A stretch of DNA of 64,000 nucleotides from Negaprion brevirostris (GCA_030324005.1 JARDVH010000106.1:72167458-72231457); one strand, 5' to 3'; shown: positions 13,680-25,800, numbered from the stretch's first letter. The notes: generated by a model from the sequence alone, not told the origin. Program-made: numbers and translations.

Positions 13680-13985
13680 CTGATTTGATATGCGATGGAG
13701 CGGAGGTGCAGGGAGTAGCGTGAGAAGTTGCTGCTGCAGTGGGCAGGTGATGTTCTTTGAAGGTACACTGACCACCTGTGAGAAGTTATTTACTTGTTTT
13801 GGTACTGCTGTCTTGAGGCCAGACTCTGGTAATGGGCCTACATGGTCACCTGCTCCTATTTCCTTCCAAGGGGTTGCTGAGGCCTCCCACAGATACATGG
13901 TTTCTCTCTTCCTGTCAACATCTATCACAAAGGTTTCCAGCACCACATTTATGAACCTGGGAGCCCTCTTTCTCTGCCATCAGGC
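13680..13985 (-). pseudogene. Second Myb/SANT-like N-terminal domain relic (Harbinger accessory)
   Basis: MAER.. start, then APRFINVVLETFVIDVDRKRETMYL..WKEIG..KQVNNFSQV. This resembles the PRF--L--L---V--R--L..W-EI..KK-N-L pattern of Harbinger Myb-like proteins. Confidence 0.5.
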
Positions 13986-14092
13986 TCCATTTGTTTATCT
14001 TCTTCTTGCAGCCAGTTGCACTAAAGGTAATCAGCAACAGCTTCTTTCTATTGAGTGCAGCTCCTCTTTAAGGAGGACAGACTATCTTCATA

Positions 14093-14245
14093 AAAACATA
14101 AGAACATAAGAAATAGGAGCAGGAGTAGGCCATCTAGCCCTTCGAGTCTGCCCCGCCATTCAATAAAATCATGGCTGATCTGAAGTGGATCAGTTCCACT
14201 TTCCCGCTTTCTCCCCATAACCCTTAATTCCCTTGTCTATCAGAN
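14093..14245 (-). mobile_element. Young CR1 3' end next to a gap
   Basis: AACATAAGAACATAAGAAATAGGAGCAGGAGTAGGCCATCTAGCCC, near-identical to the copies at 691, 22055 and 63900-64000. Confidence 0.9.
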
Positions 14246-14554
14246 NNNNNNNNNNNNNNNNNNNNNNNNNNNNNNNNNNNNNNNNNTGGAATACACATTG
14301 CTGAGTCCCCCTTTTCAAGCATTCAGCCAGCCAGCAGCATGGGTTGCAGCCAGCTGATTGCTGCAATCTTTCAAATGAGGAAATAGCACAAAGTTTGCAC
14401 GGTGCCTGCCTTAACGAGACCAAGCACCAGCAGATCGCAGGAAGGAAAGAATAGGTCATAAGCTATGGAAACACAGGCTGCTCATAGCCAGGGCAGTGTA
14501 AGGGCAAGATGATGCCTGTTATTTGACAACAATCCACTGCTATGAGACAAAGTA

Positions 14555-14765
14555 CAGGAAGTAGTCTCACAGCACCAGATTAAAGTCCAACAGGTTTATT
14601 TAGTAGCATGAGCTTTGAGCTGTTCCCCTTTCATCAGGTGACTCATCTGATGAAGGGGAAATGTTCTGAAAGCTCATGCTACCAAATAAACCCGTTGGAC
14701 TTTAATCTGGTGTTGTAAGACTACTTACTGTGGCTATCCCAGTCCAATACCAGCAACGCCACATG
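14555..14765. mobile_element. Palindromic Penelope-like terminal (pLTR) element
   Basis: ~85-bp inverted arms centred near 14642. The arm sequence matches the 3' end of the GIY-YIG Penelope copies at 38630-38715 and 53305-53395. Confidence 0.8.
14644..14678 (+). ncRNA. Minimal type-I hammerhead ribozyme motif (stem II eroded)
   Basis: CAT-CTGATGA-[aggggaaatgttct]-GAA-AGCT-C-ATG: core boxes intact, stem I CAT/ATG, palindromic stem III, CUC cleavage triplet. Confidence 0.6.
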
Positions 14766-15199
14766 AAAAGGATATTTTCAGTAAGACTATGGCTCAGAAT
14801 CAGGCATTGAGAGGAAGTCTCATTATGTTGTGGCATGGGACCATGAAACTCTGGTTGGCAACTAGTTTAACAGGATGATCATAAAACATCAGATAGGATT
14901 ACAACAAACAGGAAGATAATCAGAAGAGGAGATGCCTCAGAGCTATGCCAGATTTCACCTAGGAAAAGAAGAGAAAGACTTTGTTGCTGTCAAGATGGTG
15001 AGACATGAACAAGCTTGAACAAGTCAACTTAAACCCAACGCTCATTAATATCCCTGCACGTGGGCACTGGATGGCTAGTTACTCTGAATGTTCTTTGGGA
15101 TATTTAAGATGAATGTGGTGTAAATAGTAAATGAAATTAATCATCAAACTCATTCTTGTCTCTAGCTTTAGGAATCCATTTAATTGGCAAACGACTAAG

Positions 15200-15370
15200 C
15201 AACTTTGATGCGGCGAACAGAGGAAACTAGGGAAGCACAAAAGGCCAGAGTTGGAGGAGTGCAGAGATCTTGAAGGATCGTAGAAGATGAAAGAGATAGG
15301 AAGGGGTGAGGCCATAAAGGGGTTTGAAAATAAGAATGAAAATTTTAAAATCAAGGTATTGCCAGCTTTG
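15200..15370 (-). mobile_element. L2 LINE 3' fragment
   Basis: Minus strand LDFKIFILIFKPLYGLTPSYL..L-SSNSGLL, the typical L2 C-terminus. Confidence 0.7.
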
Positions 15371-16419
15371 CGATGGGTGAAAATACAAACACTGCCAATG
15401 ACTTTGAAGTTTCGCTAACAGAAACAAAGTTCCATTCAACTGCCAAAAGCAATTCAGAAAAAGTTTGGAATACTATCTAAGCTGTTACGCACGTGAAGCT
15501 GAAAGTATACATTTCCAGTTCATGTTATCTTGATTGTTTAGACTGAACTGCTGAAAGAATTATTAAATGCATTGCCCTACAATGAATTATAAGTTGGCAC
15601 CAAACAACAGCCTCTTCTCAGCTAAAGACCTCTTAGAAAACCTGTGCAATATTTATTAGGTCTCAAGTGTACTGTGTTATTACTATTATCAAATGTGTCC
15701 TAGGACTGTATGACAAAAATATTATGCAGGAACAGCTCCTGTAGCAGGACAATGGGACAAATTTTCTCAAAAGTACACACTTATTGTTTAATATTGCTTT
15801 GTTAACTGAATTGGGAAAAGCACATGTGTAGCATGAATGCTTTTTTTCATTAGGCCTTAAATTCCATAGACATCTTCTTTTTCATCTGTACAGTACAATC
15901 ATTATTGGTTCAGCCTTTATTAATGGGGTTGTGCAGTGTTTCTGACCCAGTTGCCCAGAATCGTGAATTGTGTTTTTCTGAAATTAAATTAAAAGTTTCA
16001 ATAAAAGAGGCAACAAGCTGAAAATGCTGGAAATCAGAAGGAGCTTTTTTTTAAATGCTGGATACAACCAGAGGGTAATCAGTGTTTTGGGTAAAAACTT
16101 GTCAGAACTGAAAAGTGAAAACTAACCAATAGTATTAGTAAAGCTGGGAAAAATAAGGGTGGGGACTCCAATCATCAACAGAAAATTAATGATTGAATGG
16201 GCTGCTTAATAGAAAAGCAAGAAATTGTTCACTAAATTAAAGATCATCTCTGTGGTATGAGGCAATGGAAAGATTTGAGAAGGGAGATATTCCATTCCCA
16301 ATTCAATTGAGCAATACAGTGAAATTATGCCCCCAATTTGACACTCTCAGGTCATTTAAATCATTTTTCAATACTATCCAGCATAAAAAACAAAATAAAA
16401 TGAAACGGTCAAATTCAGC

Positions 16420-16760
16420 TTAAAGGATGTGAAGTTGTCCTGGCTACAAGCTGGCATGATTGGGAACTATCGGATCATCAGAAAGGATAAAGACATCGGG
16501 AAAGGAACTGCAGCAACATTAATAAAGCACACAATTACCACTGTGGAAAGAAATGATTTCAGTCAGAATGATCGTCTAATGGAAACGGAATGAGTAGAAC
16601 AATGGAATAGCATAGGTCTACAGATCTCCTGACATAATGTGGAACAAGGTGGGGTGGATACATAATTACGGATACCAGAGAAGCATGTGGCAATAGCACT
16701 ACGGCTATACTGGGAGATTATAACTTGACAGACTGCATGAAGCAGAAAAATTCATAAAAA
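16420..16760 (+). mobile_element. Highly decayed CR1 endonuclease region
   Basis: Remnants resembling YRIIRKD..G-A-LIK, VYRSP and ILGDYNL. Confidence 0.45.
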
Positions 16761-16977
16761 TAATGAATTGCTAATAAATACTAGGGAATATTCCAATTTG
16801 TATTTATAGCAACATACATGGCAAATGAGGCAGAATGGTTAATGTAAAAATTATGAGGATAAAGTGTAATAACATGAGTGAACAAAGTTGATTTTTCTGA
16901 AATTCTTCTGTCAGAATGAACAGGAAACAGAAGTTTCTCATTTTGCTACCATCCAGGATGTATTCAGGCAGTGACAG

Positions 16978-18205
16978 ATTTTGATTTGATTTGATTTATT
17001 ATTGTCACACGTATTAACACAGTGAAAAGTATTGTTTCTTGATCACTGTATAGACAAAAGATACACCATTCACAGAGAAGGAAACGAGAGAGTGCAGAAT
17101 GTAGTGTTACAGTCATAGCTAGAGGTGTAGAGAAAGATCAACTTGATGCAAGGTAAGTCCATCAGAAGTGTGACAGCAGCAGGGAAGAAGCTATTTTTGA
17201 GTCGGTTGGTACATGACCTCAGACTTTTGTATCTTTTTCCCGAAGGAAGGTGGTGCATGGGGTCCTTAATTATGCTGGTTACTTTGCCAAGGCACTGGGA
17301 NNNNNNNNNNNNNNNNNNNNNNNNNNNNNNNNNNNNNNNNNNNNNNNNNNNNNNNNNNNNNNAGAGCAGGAGCCCATACCAAGCTGTGATACAACCAGAA
17401 AGAATGCTTTCTATGGTGCATCTGTAAAAGTTGGTGAGACTCGTAGCTGACATTCCAAATTTCTTTAGTCTTCTAAGAAAGTAGAGGTGTTGGCGAGCTT
17501 TCTTAACTATAGTGTCGGCATGGGTGGACCAGGACAGGTTGTTCGTGATCTGGATACCTAAAAACTTGAAGACCACTACCCTTTTCACTTCGTCCCCACT
17601 GATGTAGACAGAGGCATGTTCTCCTTTCCATTTCCTGAAGTCAATGACAATCTCCTTTGTTTTGTTGACATTGAGGGACAGATTATTGGTGCCACACCAG
17701 TTCACCAGATTCTCCATCTCAATTCTTTTTCCATCTTGTCATTGTTTGAGATCTGACCCACTACGGTGGTGTTGTCAGCAATCTTGAAAATCGAACTGGA
17801 GGGAATATGGCCGCACAGTCATAGGTGTACAAGGAGTATAATAGGGGGCTGAGAACACAGCCCCGTGGGGAACCAGTGTTGAGGATGATCATGGATGAGG
17901 TGTTGTTGCCTATCCTTACTGACTGTGGTCTGTGAGTTAGAAAGTTCAGGATCCAGTCGCAGAGAGAGGTGCCAAGGCCCAGGCCACTGAGTCTGACATC
18001 GGTGTCCTTGTTATCTAGATGTTCCAGGGTTGAGTACAGGGCCAGGGAAATGGCATCTGCTGTAGACCTGCTGCAGCAGTAGGCAATCTGTAGTGGATCC
18101 AGGTAGTCCAGGAGGCTGGAATTAATTTGTGTCATAACGAATCTTTCAAAACACTTCATAATGATGGATGTCAGAGCCACCAGCTGAAAGTCATTCAGGC
18201 ACATT
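16978..18205 (-). mobile_element. Rex1/Babar-type LINE, 5'-truncated RT and 3' end
   Basis: [56 protein letters not shown]; NNLSLNVNKTKEIVIDFRK..FYRCTIESILSGCITAWYG; tail AATAAATCAAATCAAATC. Confidence 0.9.
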
Positions 18206-18287
18206 GCTTGGTTGCTTTGTATATGATTCCCTCAGCACAATGTATTTATTGATCAATTCAGAACCTGTTTGCGCTCATCCATTCAGT

Positions 18288-18596
18288 GATACAAAGAACA
18301 AAAGAACAAAGAACAACCCAGCACGGGAAACAGGCCCTTCGGCCCAACGAGCCCGCACCGCCATCACCCTACACCTNNNNNNNNNNNNNNNNNNNNNNNN
18401 NNNNNNNNNNNNNNNNNNNNNNNNNNNNNNNNNNNNNNNNNNNNNNNNNNNNNNNNNNNNNNNNNNNNNNNNNNNNGAGTCCAACGTTCCTGCCTCCACC
18501 ACCCTACTCGGTAGCGCGTTCCATACCCCCACAACTCTCTGCGTAAAGAACCTCCCTCTCACATCCAAATTATACCTCTCCCCCCTCACCCTTAAT
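18288..18596 (-). mobile_element. CR1 LINE 3' end, second subfamily with a (TTCTTTG)n tail
   Basis: LRVRGERYNLDVRGRFFTQRVVGVWNALPSRVVEAGTL; (AAAGAAC)n at 18292-18316. Confidence 0.85.
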
Positions 18597-18599
18597 GAT

Positions 18600-19300
18600 G
18601 GGAAGAACCAGGCAGGTAGTGCAACAGCCACCCTGCCAGAGCAATAGTGGTAGGCTCAATTGTCAGAGGATCAGACACTCTCTTTTGCGACAGTAAAAGT
18701 GACTTCAGGATGGTATGTTTCCTCCCTGGAGCCCTGGTCAAAGATGTCACAGAGCGGCTGTAGGCCATCCGTCAGAGAGAGGGTGAATAGCCAGGTCCAA
18801 AGTGTACCAAAGAAATAAGTAGAAAGACGGATGATGCCCTGAAAGCAGATTTTAGAGCATTAGGAATGGGAGTTAAAAAGCAGAACCTCAAGAGCAATAA
18901 TCTCAGGATTTACTCCCAGTGACACATGCTGGTGAATATAGGAGTGGGGAGATTGAGCAGTTGAGCGTGTGGCTGGAGAATTTGTGTTGGAGAGATGCCA
19001 TCAGATTTCTGTGATGTTGGGACCAAATCTGGGGATGGTGGGATCTTTACAAATTGGACAGGTTACACCTTTACAGAACCAGAACTAATATCCTCACAGA
19101 GAGATGTGATGCTGCTGGGGAGGCTTTAAACTAGTTTGTAAGGGAGAGTGGGAACTTGAGGGACAGCTCAAATTGGAAGGACGCAAAGCTGGTAATGGGA
19201 AATAGAAAAATAGCAAGTGAAATTGGAAGACAGCAAAACAAAGGTGAAAATCAACTAAGCTCAGATTGTGGAATGATGTCAAATAGACAAAGTTAAGCAC
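18600..19300 (+). mobile_element. CR1 ORF1 (esterase/SGNH-like) relic
   Basis: RMVCFLPGALVKDVTERL..ISGFTP..N-WLE--C-R---RF..WDLYKLDRLHL--TRTNIL. Confidence 0.7.
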
Positions 19301-19524
19301 ACAGCATTTGTAACAAAACAAAGGGGGCCCAGAGGCCTCTGCACTTTTTGGGGGGNNNNNNNNNNNNNNNNNNNNNNNNNNNNNNNNNNNNNNNNNNNNN
19401 NNNNNNNNNNNNNNNNNNNNNNNNNNNNNNNNNNNNNNNNNNNNNNNNNNNNNNNACAACACACTGCCATTTTTTAGTAAGATTCCCCCCATAATACAGC
19501 AGCCTTACTGCCAAGACAGTTTTA

Positions 19525-19995
19525 CAAACATATGACTAAGGAGTAGGATTAAGCACTTGGCCCTTTGAACCTGCACCGCAATTCATTAAGATCATGGTTG
19601 ATCAGATTGTAAGTTTAACCACACATTCCTGCCAATCCCTGATAACCTTTGAACCCCTTGTTAATCAAGAATCTATCGAGCTGTGCCTTAAAAATATTCA
19701 AAGATCTGATTCCACTTCCTTTTGAGGAAGAGAGTTCCAGAAATTCTCGACCCTCAGAGAAAAACATTCTCCTCATCTCCATTTTAAGTGGTCTACCCCT
19801 TATTTTTCAAGTGATCCAGTTCTAAATTTTCCCATAAGACAAAACATTTTCTCCACATCAATACCCTCAGGATCTTAAAGTTGTCAATCTAGTTTCCTCT
19901 TACTTGTCTGAATTCTTTAGTGGATACAAACTTAACCTCTCCAACCATTCCTCATAAGACTCTCTGCTGATTCCTGGTATGAGGCTAGTAAACCT
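19525..19995 (-). mobile_element. CR1 LINE 3' fragment
   Basis: Decayed CR1 3'UTR and C-terminal ORF2 text on the minus strand. Confidence 0.75.
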
Positions 19996-20099
19996 TTTTT
20001 ACTCCAATATTATTTTAGGACCATGGGAAAATAGCAAACAAGAATTAATAGTAATTTGACAGTAAGAGAGCATCTTGCAATTAGTGACTGTGCTATGAT

Positions 20100-21345
20100 T
20101 CACAATATGAGAGGGAGACAAGGCAACCAAAGTTTTAAATTTAAGTAAAGCAAATTTCAAACAAATGTGAAATAAATCAATCACAGTAAACTGGGCTGAA
20201 TTGTTGATGAACAGACCTATGGACAAACTGGGAAATATTCAAAGATTCTGTACAATAAAAGTACATTACTTCTAAAGGGCAATGTTCTACATTTGCAGTT
20301 AAGTCTCTGTTTCCCTTTACACTATCCTCAACCACCAAAACCATACAGGGTCCGCCCTTGGCGCTTCAGCACGCAGACCACATCCATGGCGGTCACTGTT
20401 TTGCACTTGGCGTATTCAGTGTAGGTCACCGAGTCCTGATCATATTCTCCAAAATACCTTCAACACCCCGCGGACCTCCTCGTAGATCAAGCCAGACATA
20501 TGCTTGACGCCTCCACGGCGTGCCAGACATCTGCAGGCTTGGTAATGCCTTGAATATTGTCGCAGAGCACCTTGCAGTGCCACTTGACTCCACTTTTACC
20601 AAGCCCTTTACCACCTTTCCCTCTTCCTGACATGATCAACACCAAACGATCAACATATACAGTTAAGTAAGCAGGGTCAGCAAATGAGGAAAATGGCAAG
20701 TATCAATCTGAAGTTAAACAAAAGGATCTGCATAGATATAAAGAAATATTGAAATGTAGCAGACTGTAAGAACTACAAAAAATAACAGAGATACAAATAA
20801 CATAATAAGCAACGCAAAAGAAAAGAATTGTAAGAGATATCTAAGTGAGCAGTAAAAGATTTACAAATTTATAAGGATTTGTGAAGGAGAATTTGAGTCC
20901 ATTAAAAGCAGCTACTGAACAATAAAAAAAGGAACATTTTAATTTTTTTATATATTTGCTTTTACAATGTTGAAAGAGGAGAAGTACTAGTTGTATGAAG
21001 GAACCTAAAAAATGTCAGGGGAAGAAACAATGATGGGTTTACAATCTGTACAACAAATATCTATGAAAAAATAATGGATTTCCAATTTCCAGGTTTGCAC
21101 CCCAGGATATGAAAGTAAATAGGTGAGGCAATTGTACATGTTTGTCATAATTTGATAAAGTTCCACCAGAGAGCTAACAAAATAAAAGTGGACAAAACTA
21201 GAGGTTAACATGTCTTGTCAGTAATTAGTTGGAAGATAGGGGACAATGAGCAAGAGATAAAGGGAATGCATCCTGAATGGTGATACATGACAAGTGGTGT
21301 TCCTCAGGTACCTGTACTGGGCCTTAGCTTTTCACCCTACATACT
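20100..21345 (+). mobile_element. Old CR1 ORF2 relic hosting the H4 pseudogene
   Basis: VLNLSKANFKQM..VNWAELL..WEIFK before the insert; KRFYKFI..PLK after it; TSGVPQVPVLG near 21290. Confidence 0.55.
20328..20633 (-). pseudogene. H4: Histone H4 pseudogene (frameshifted, no introns)
   Basis: [34 protein letters not shown] / [28 protein letters not shown] / [33 protein letters not shown]. It is 306 bp versus 312 bp for canonical H4, with many CpG-decay changes (R>C/W/H). Confidence 0.95.
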
Positions 21346-22053
21346 ACTGATGGAGGCCCGCAGCAAACAATCTTCTGTACATGCACCGACATGAGGTGGT
21401 TGATCTATTTGACATCCTCACACAGCCATTCCAGACAGTAGCCAAAACTAGACTCCACTCTGTAAATCCCTGCAGCTGTGAACTGAGGTCAACTATAAAT
21501 AGGATTCAGTCAATGAAAAATTAACAGGATACTTGACCTTTCAGATGTTTTCAGAATGCTGCTTAACCTGTTTTGGTTGCCTTCTTCTAACCCAAGCTCT
21601 CATACAAAGCTACTCAGCTGTCTTTAAATCTCTCAGATACCATGGCCTCAGGCAAGTAATGTCAGTTGCATGATGCACAGATAAATATAGCCATTCATCC
21701 AGACACTAGCTTTACCTTCACTCTAACCTTGTGAACGCATTACGGAATAAATGGAGAGATCTTTGATTCCACAATCTTCTGATTCACCATGGAAGTGTTA
21801 CTAACTAAAAAAAATTTCCTCAGTTACTCACACTTTAGTGCTACTTTCATTGCCTGAAACTCTGTGACATTACCCAAGGTGATTGTGTACCTTTGTGAAT
21901 AAGTACAACAAAGTTGCATGAGCTATGCATTAAGTTACCAAACACAAGCTCAGGAGAAACTTGGTTCTCACTTTCTTTGATATTTAACTGTCAAATTATG
22001 TCCTTGAATGTGATCAAAGGATTGAGCCATTTTGATTTTTCACTAATATGACT

Positions 22054-22375
22054 GAACATAAGAACATATGAAATAGGAGCAGGAGTAGGCCATCTAGCCC
22101 CTCGAGCCTGCCCCGCCATTCAATAAGATCATGGCTGATCTGTCGTNNNNNNNNNNNNNNNNNNNNNNNNNNNNNNNNNNNNNNNNNNNNNNNNNNNNNN
22201 NNNNNNNNNNNNNNNNNNNNNNNNNNNNNNNNNNNNNNNNNNNNNNCTTCTGAAAATCAAGAAACACCACATCCACCGGCTCTCCTCTATCCACCGCCCT
22301 AGACACATCCTCATAGAACTCCAGTAAATTCGTCAGACATGACTTCCCCTTAACGAAACCGTGCTGCGTCTGCTC
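22054..22375 (-). mobile_element. Young CR1 LINE (RT region and 3' tail bridged by a gap)
   Basis: QHGFVKGKSCLTNLLEFYEDVSRAVDRGEPVDVVFLDFQK, then N-gap, then the CR1 tail. Confidence 0.92.
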
Positions 22376-23129
22376 GTCTGATTGTGCTGTTTTAGTCTCC
22401 ATTCCATCGTACTGACTGAATATTGAGGTACCAAAAGCACAAAGAACATTGCTGTTCAGGTACAAGGACACATTGCACATTACAAACTCAACAGCTACCA
22501 TCCTGCTAGGATGACTTGTGTGGATTCTTCATGTGATGACTCTTTAACAATAATTTCCTCACTATATATTTACATGTCCTCATTATATTTCTCCTATATA
22601 CATACCTTGTATTCATGTTAAGCATTCTTTACACATCTGTTTTCATGTTAGTACTTCACTGGTTAACATATTGATCAGCATACAGCACTCATAATATCGC
22701 AGTATTTCTTCTCTTGCATGCCTAATTAATTGTGATAGGTGCAGCAGTATTGTTATCTTAAGGTTTAGTTTACTATGTCTCTCACACAGCTTTCCCAGAT
22801 GAACAAGTGTGCTTCTGAACACTCAATCGCTAGAATAGATTTTCCCTTGGTCTCTGAATGGAATGACATTGATGGGCTAAATAACCATTTTTCGTTCAAA
22901 GTTAATTATTCCCTAAATGAGCTCAACTAATGTGGCACTTTATGAGCCAACCTTTACTGCAATGCTTTGCTGTTCCACTGCAGTATGTGTTGATTTATGG
23001 TGTAGTGCAGTTGTAGTGTATTAGATTTCCATCGATTTTAACGTTTGGATGAGTAAGCCTATAAGATGTCAGGATTCAGGATCAGTCAAGATATAACCTG
23101 TTAACTGGTGGTACAGATTAAAGTATCGG

Positions 23130-23250
23130 TGAGGATAAACCTGACGGAGTACAATTTTGGTCGTGTACCGCCCTGGGGTTTTATGGAATTCCTGGAAGCC
23201 CCTTGCAGAGCCTCCAGGTTCCAAGGAACTTTGTTTGGGAACTCCTGGTT
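23130..23250. mobile_element. Possible hAT/Charlie-type MITE end
   Basis: ..CCAGGTTCCAAGGAAC..GTTTGGGAACTCCTG resembles Charlie-family termini. Confidence 0.35.
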
Positions 23251-23353
23251 TAAAGATTTAGAGGTAGAAACAGAGGCACATAATCTTACACAATGATTCA
23301 GGCAGTCTTGTGAGGTTTGAAGCTGAGTTGGAGGGACACCAAAATTGTACTCT

Positions 23354-23560
23354 TGTCAGGTTATACGTTAAGTGGTTGTATGCTTACTTTAAGAGCCGGT
23401 CAATGATTTGATGGTGATGTCATTGGGGTGTTTCACAGGCTCCTTTCAGTTTCTGCTCTGGACAAGAACAGCTCCTTCAATAAAGATCTTGTTGATATTT
23501 TGAATCTATATGTGCAAACCACACCCTTTTCTTTCTCTTTAAAACCCACAACCCCTAACA
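23354..23560 (+). repeat. Possible solo LTR
   Basis: TGTCAGG...CCTAACA unit with internal AATAAA (~23479), followed by TGGT (PBS-like). Confidence 0.3.
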
Positions 23561-23629
23561 TGGTCAGGACATTACAGTAACTGCGTGTTACTGAGCTTAT
23601 CATTCATTGTTGCTAAATCTAGGTGTTCT

Positions 23630-24620
23630 ACTCAGCAATGGTTGCTAAAGAAGGACAGTTCAAAGAAGTGGAAAGCAAGTAATAAAATGAACCGCTTCAG
23701 ACAATCACTGACAAGCAATCAGGGGTGTACCACTCACTGTCCACTTCAACTGAAGTGGCAGCAGGAAATAAAAAGTGCAGGTACAATGACAGCTAGCTGT
23801 CCCTGGGATTCACGTGTGCCAGAGATCAAGATATACCTGAAACACAGTGCATTGTGCACTACAAAATATTATCCAAAAGTTCCATGGTACCAGCTAAATT
23901 CTGAAGGCATTTGCAAACAAATCATCCCAAATGCAAGAATAAGAACATAAATTTCTTGAGGAGAAAACTTAATTCCCTCACAAGCAGCAGATATGTGAAG
24001 GCCATATCTGATAATGAGAATGTAACAGAGTAAGTTACCATACTGCACTTGCGAAAGAAACATACACGATTGGCAAAAACCTGATAAAGACTTGTGCAAA
24101 AGACTTTATAGCATGCATGCTAGATGAGGCAGCAGGTAATAAGATCGAGGTGCTACAGCTCTCCAACAATACTGTCACCTGTCAAATTCATGATCTTTCT
24201 GTTCACGTCGAGAGTCAGCTAGTATCACGTCCTAAATGTTGCAAGGCATATTCATTGCAGATGGGTTCATTGACACTGCATGTATTTGCATACTATATCT
24301 TTGGTGATGTTATTGTGGAGGACTTGCTGCTATGTGATCTTCTGCAGAGCAACATCACTGGCGAACAAATATTCAATTGCATCAACAACTTTATGGAAAG
24401 TCATGGAATTAGTTGGGAGAAGTGTGTTGATGTGTGCAGCAATGGTGCCTGGGCAATGGTTGGGAAGACAGCAGGTGTTTTAGTGCAGATAAAAGCTGTA
24501 GCACCATGCTGCATGAGTAGTCACTGTATTCTCCATAGGCATGCTCTCACTGTTAAAAAGATGCCTGCAACTCTAAAAAATGCACTGGATGGAGCAGTGC
24601 AAATTATCATTTACTGGTAA
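23630..24620 (+). mobile_element. hAT Charlie/Buster-type transposase pseudogene (ZBED5/SCAND3-like), N-terminal half
   Basis: RYNDS*LSLGFT..PETQCIV-YKILS--SMVPAKF*RHLQTNHP (BED finger); LSNNTVT-QIHDLS..EDLLLC..TGEQIF..SWEKCVDVCSNGAWAMVG..HCILHRHAL (CxxH motif). Confidence 0.9.
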
Positions 24621-24859
24621 GACAGATCATTGAAACCCTTTACATATCCTCTGGAACAAAACTCCAGAAGCTCTTTGGGAGTTTGTCCAACTCAGACATA
24701 CATTGTGCCATGTCCTTAAGGGGTAAATTTATGTAGTGAGATGCTCAGCTGTTCTATCCATTAGGGCATCCTTCGATGGAACTATTGATGTGAAACCCTA
24801 TTAGTCCAACTGATATGCTTGGGATTCTCAGCATTCGGGTCTGGAATAGCCTATTTCTT

Positions 24860-25800
24860 GTAATGAAGCTTGTAGCTCACTGCTATGTCTGCACCCCTGG
24901 CTATGAGGACGATTTGCACCTCTAACTGTATTTGCAGGTTGGAGGGTAGGCAATTTTTGAAATTTTCAAATTTTACAAGCTCATGCAACCTCTCATAGGT
25001 GTAGGTGATTATGAGTCCCTGGACCCGGTCATCCCACAACTGCTGGAGTTGCAAAAGCAGAGTTGTGAGCATCAGAAAGGGTTGACAGCATCCCTCCTTC
25101 AAATGCAAGGCCGAATTGAGGAATCCCATTGTCTTCTATCCGCACAGATGGTGCCATCATTGCAGTGCACCGAAATCAACACTGCGAGGGTAGCATCCAC
25201 TATGGAGACTTTGGTACAGGACTTTTTGCCAGCCCCCAATAAGGAAGAGCACTCCCTCAGCAACAATATGGACAGGAGCCCAAGAAGGACGACAAGAAAC
25301 ACTGCCTGTATACCAACCTCCACAACCCCTTTAGAGCAAGTGGTGCCCCAACATGAAGGGTAGAGAAGGTGTGCAAGTGGCCACTCTCGATCCCTCTCCC
25401 TGAAATGGCGATTGAGACCTCCCTTCCCGACCCAAATTGAACCTATCAGTGTCCCAGAGTCCTCTCCGATGCCCTCTGCGTTGTGCAAACTGCATAGGAT
25501 ACTGGCTGCCTAAACTCTCACCTCCAAAACCTCACTTGGAGGTGAAGGCACCAGGTTCACGTGCTGTTGACCTGTTGTAAATGAGAGCAGCACCAGCTGA
25601 AAATTTGATGTTGGCTTAATAGCCAGAGAATGCTCACTAATGACATGCGAATGTATAAAAATGAACCCACTGCGTCCCCAGGGTGTTTCAGACCACTCCA
25701 CTGGCAAGGGGCCGATAAGATCCAAACTTGGAAACACGCCAGATTTTGAGCCCTTTCCACCATTCCTGCTGCTGGAGAATGTGGGCTCAAAATTGCTCCA
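24860..25800 (+). mobile_element. Harbinger relic: last exon of the accessory gene and element terminus
   Basis: ORF 24983-25363 (LLELQKQSCEHQ..MQGRIEES..EINTARVASTMETLVQD) aligns by eye with ORF 11051-11734 (LQKQSRELQ..LQGCFEE..QVNTAWVATMVESLRQE). Confidence 0.6.

Noticed and set aside
20328-20633. Functional H4 variant
   Set aside because: Frameshifting deletions and many substitutions at invariant residues.
24117-24620. Possible domesticated ZBED5/SCAND3-like gene
   Set aside because: In-frame stops and frameshifts upstream, catalytic motifs altered (SNGA for TDGA), truncated at ~24620. This is a dead hAT copy.
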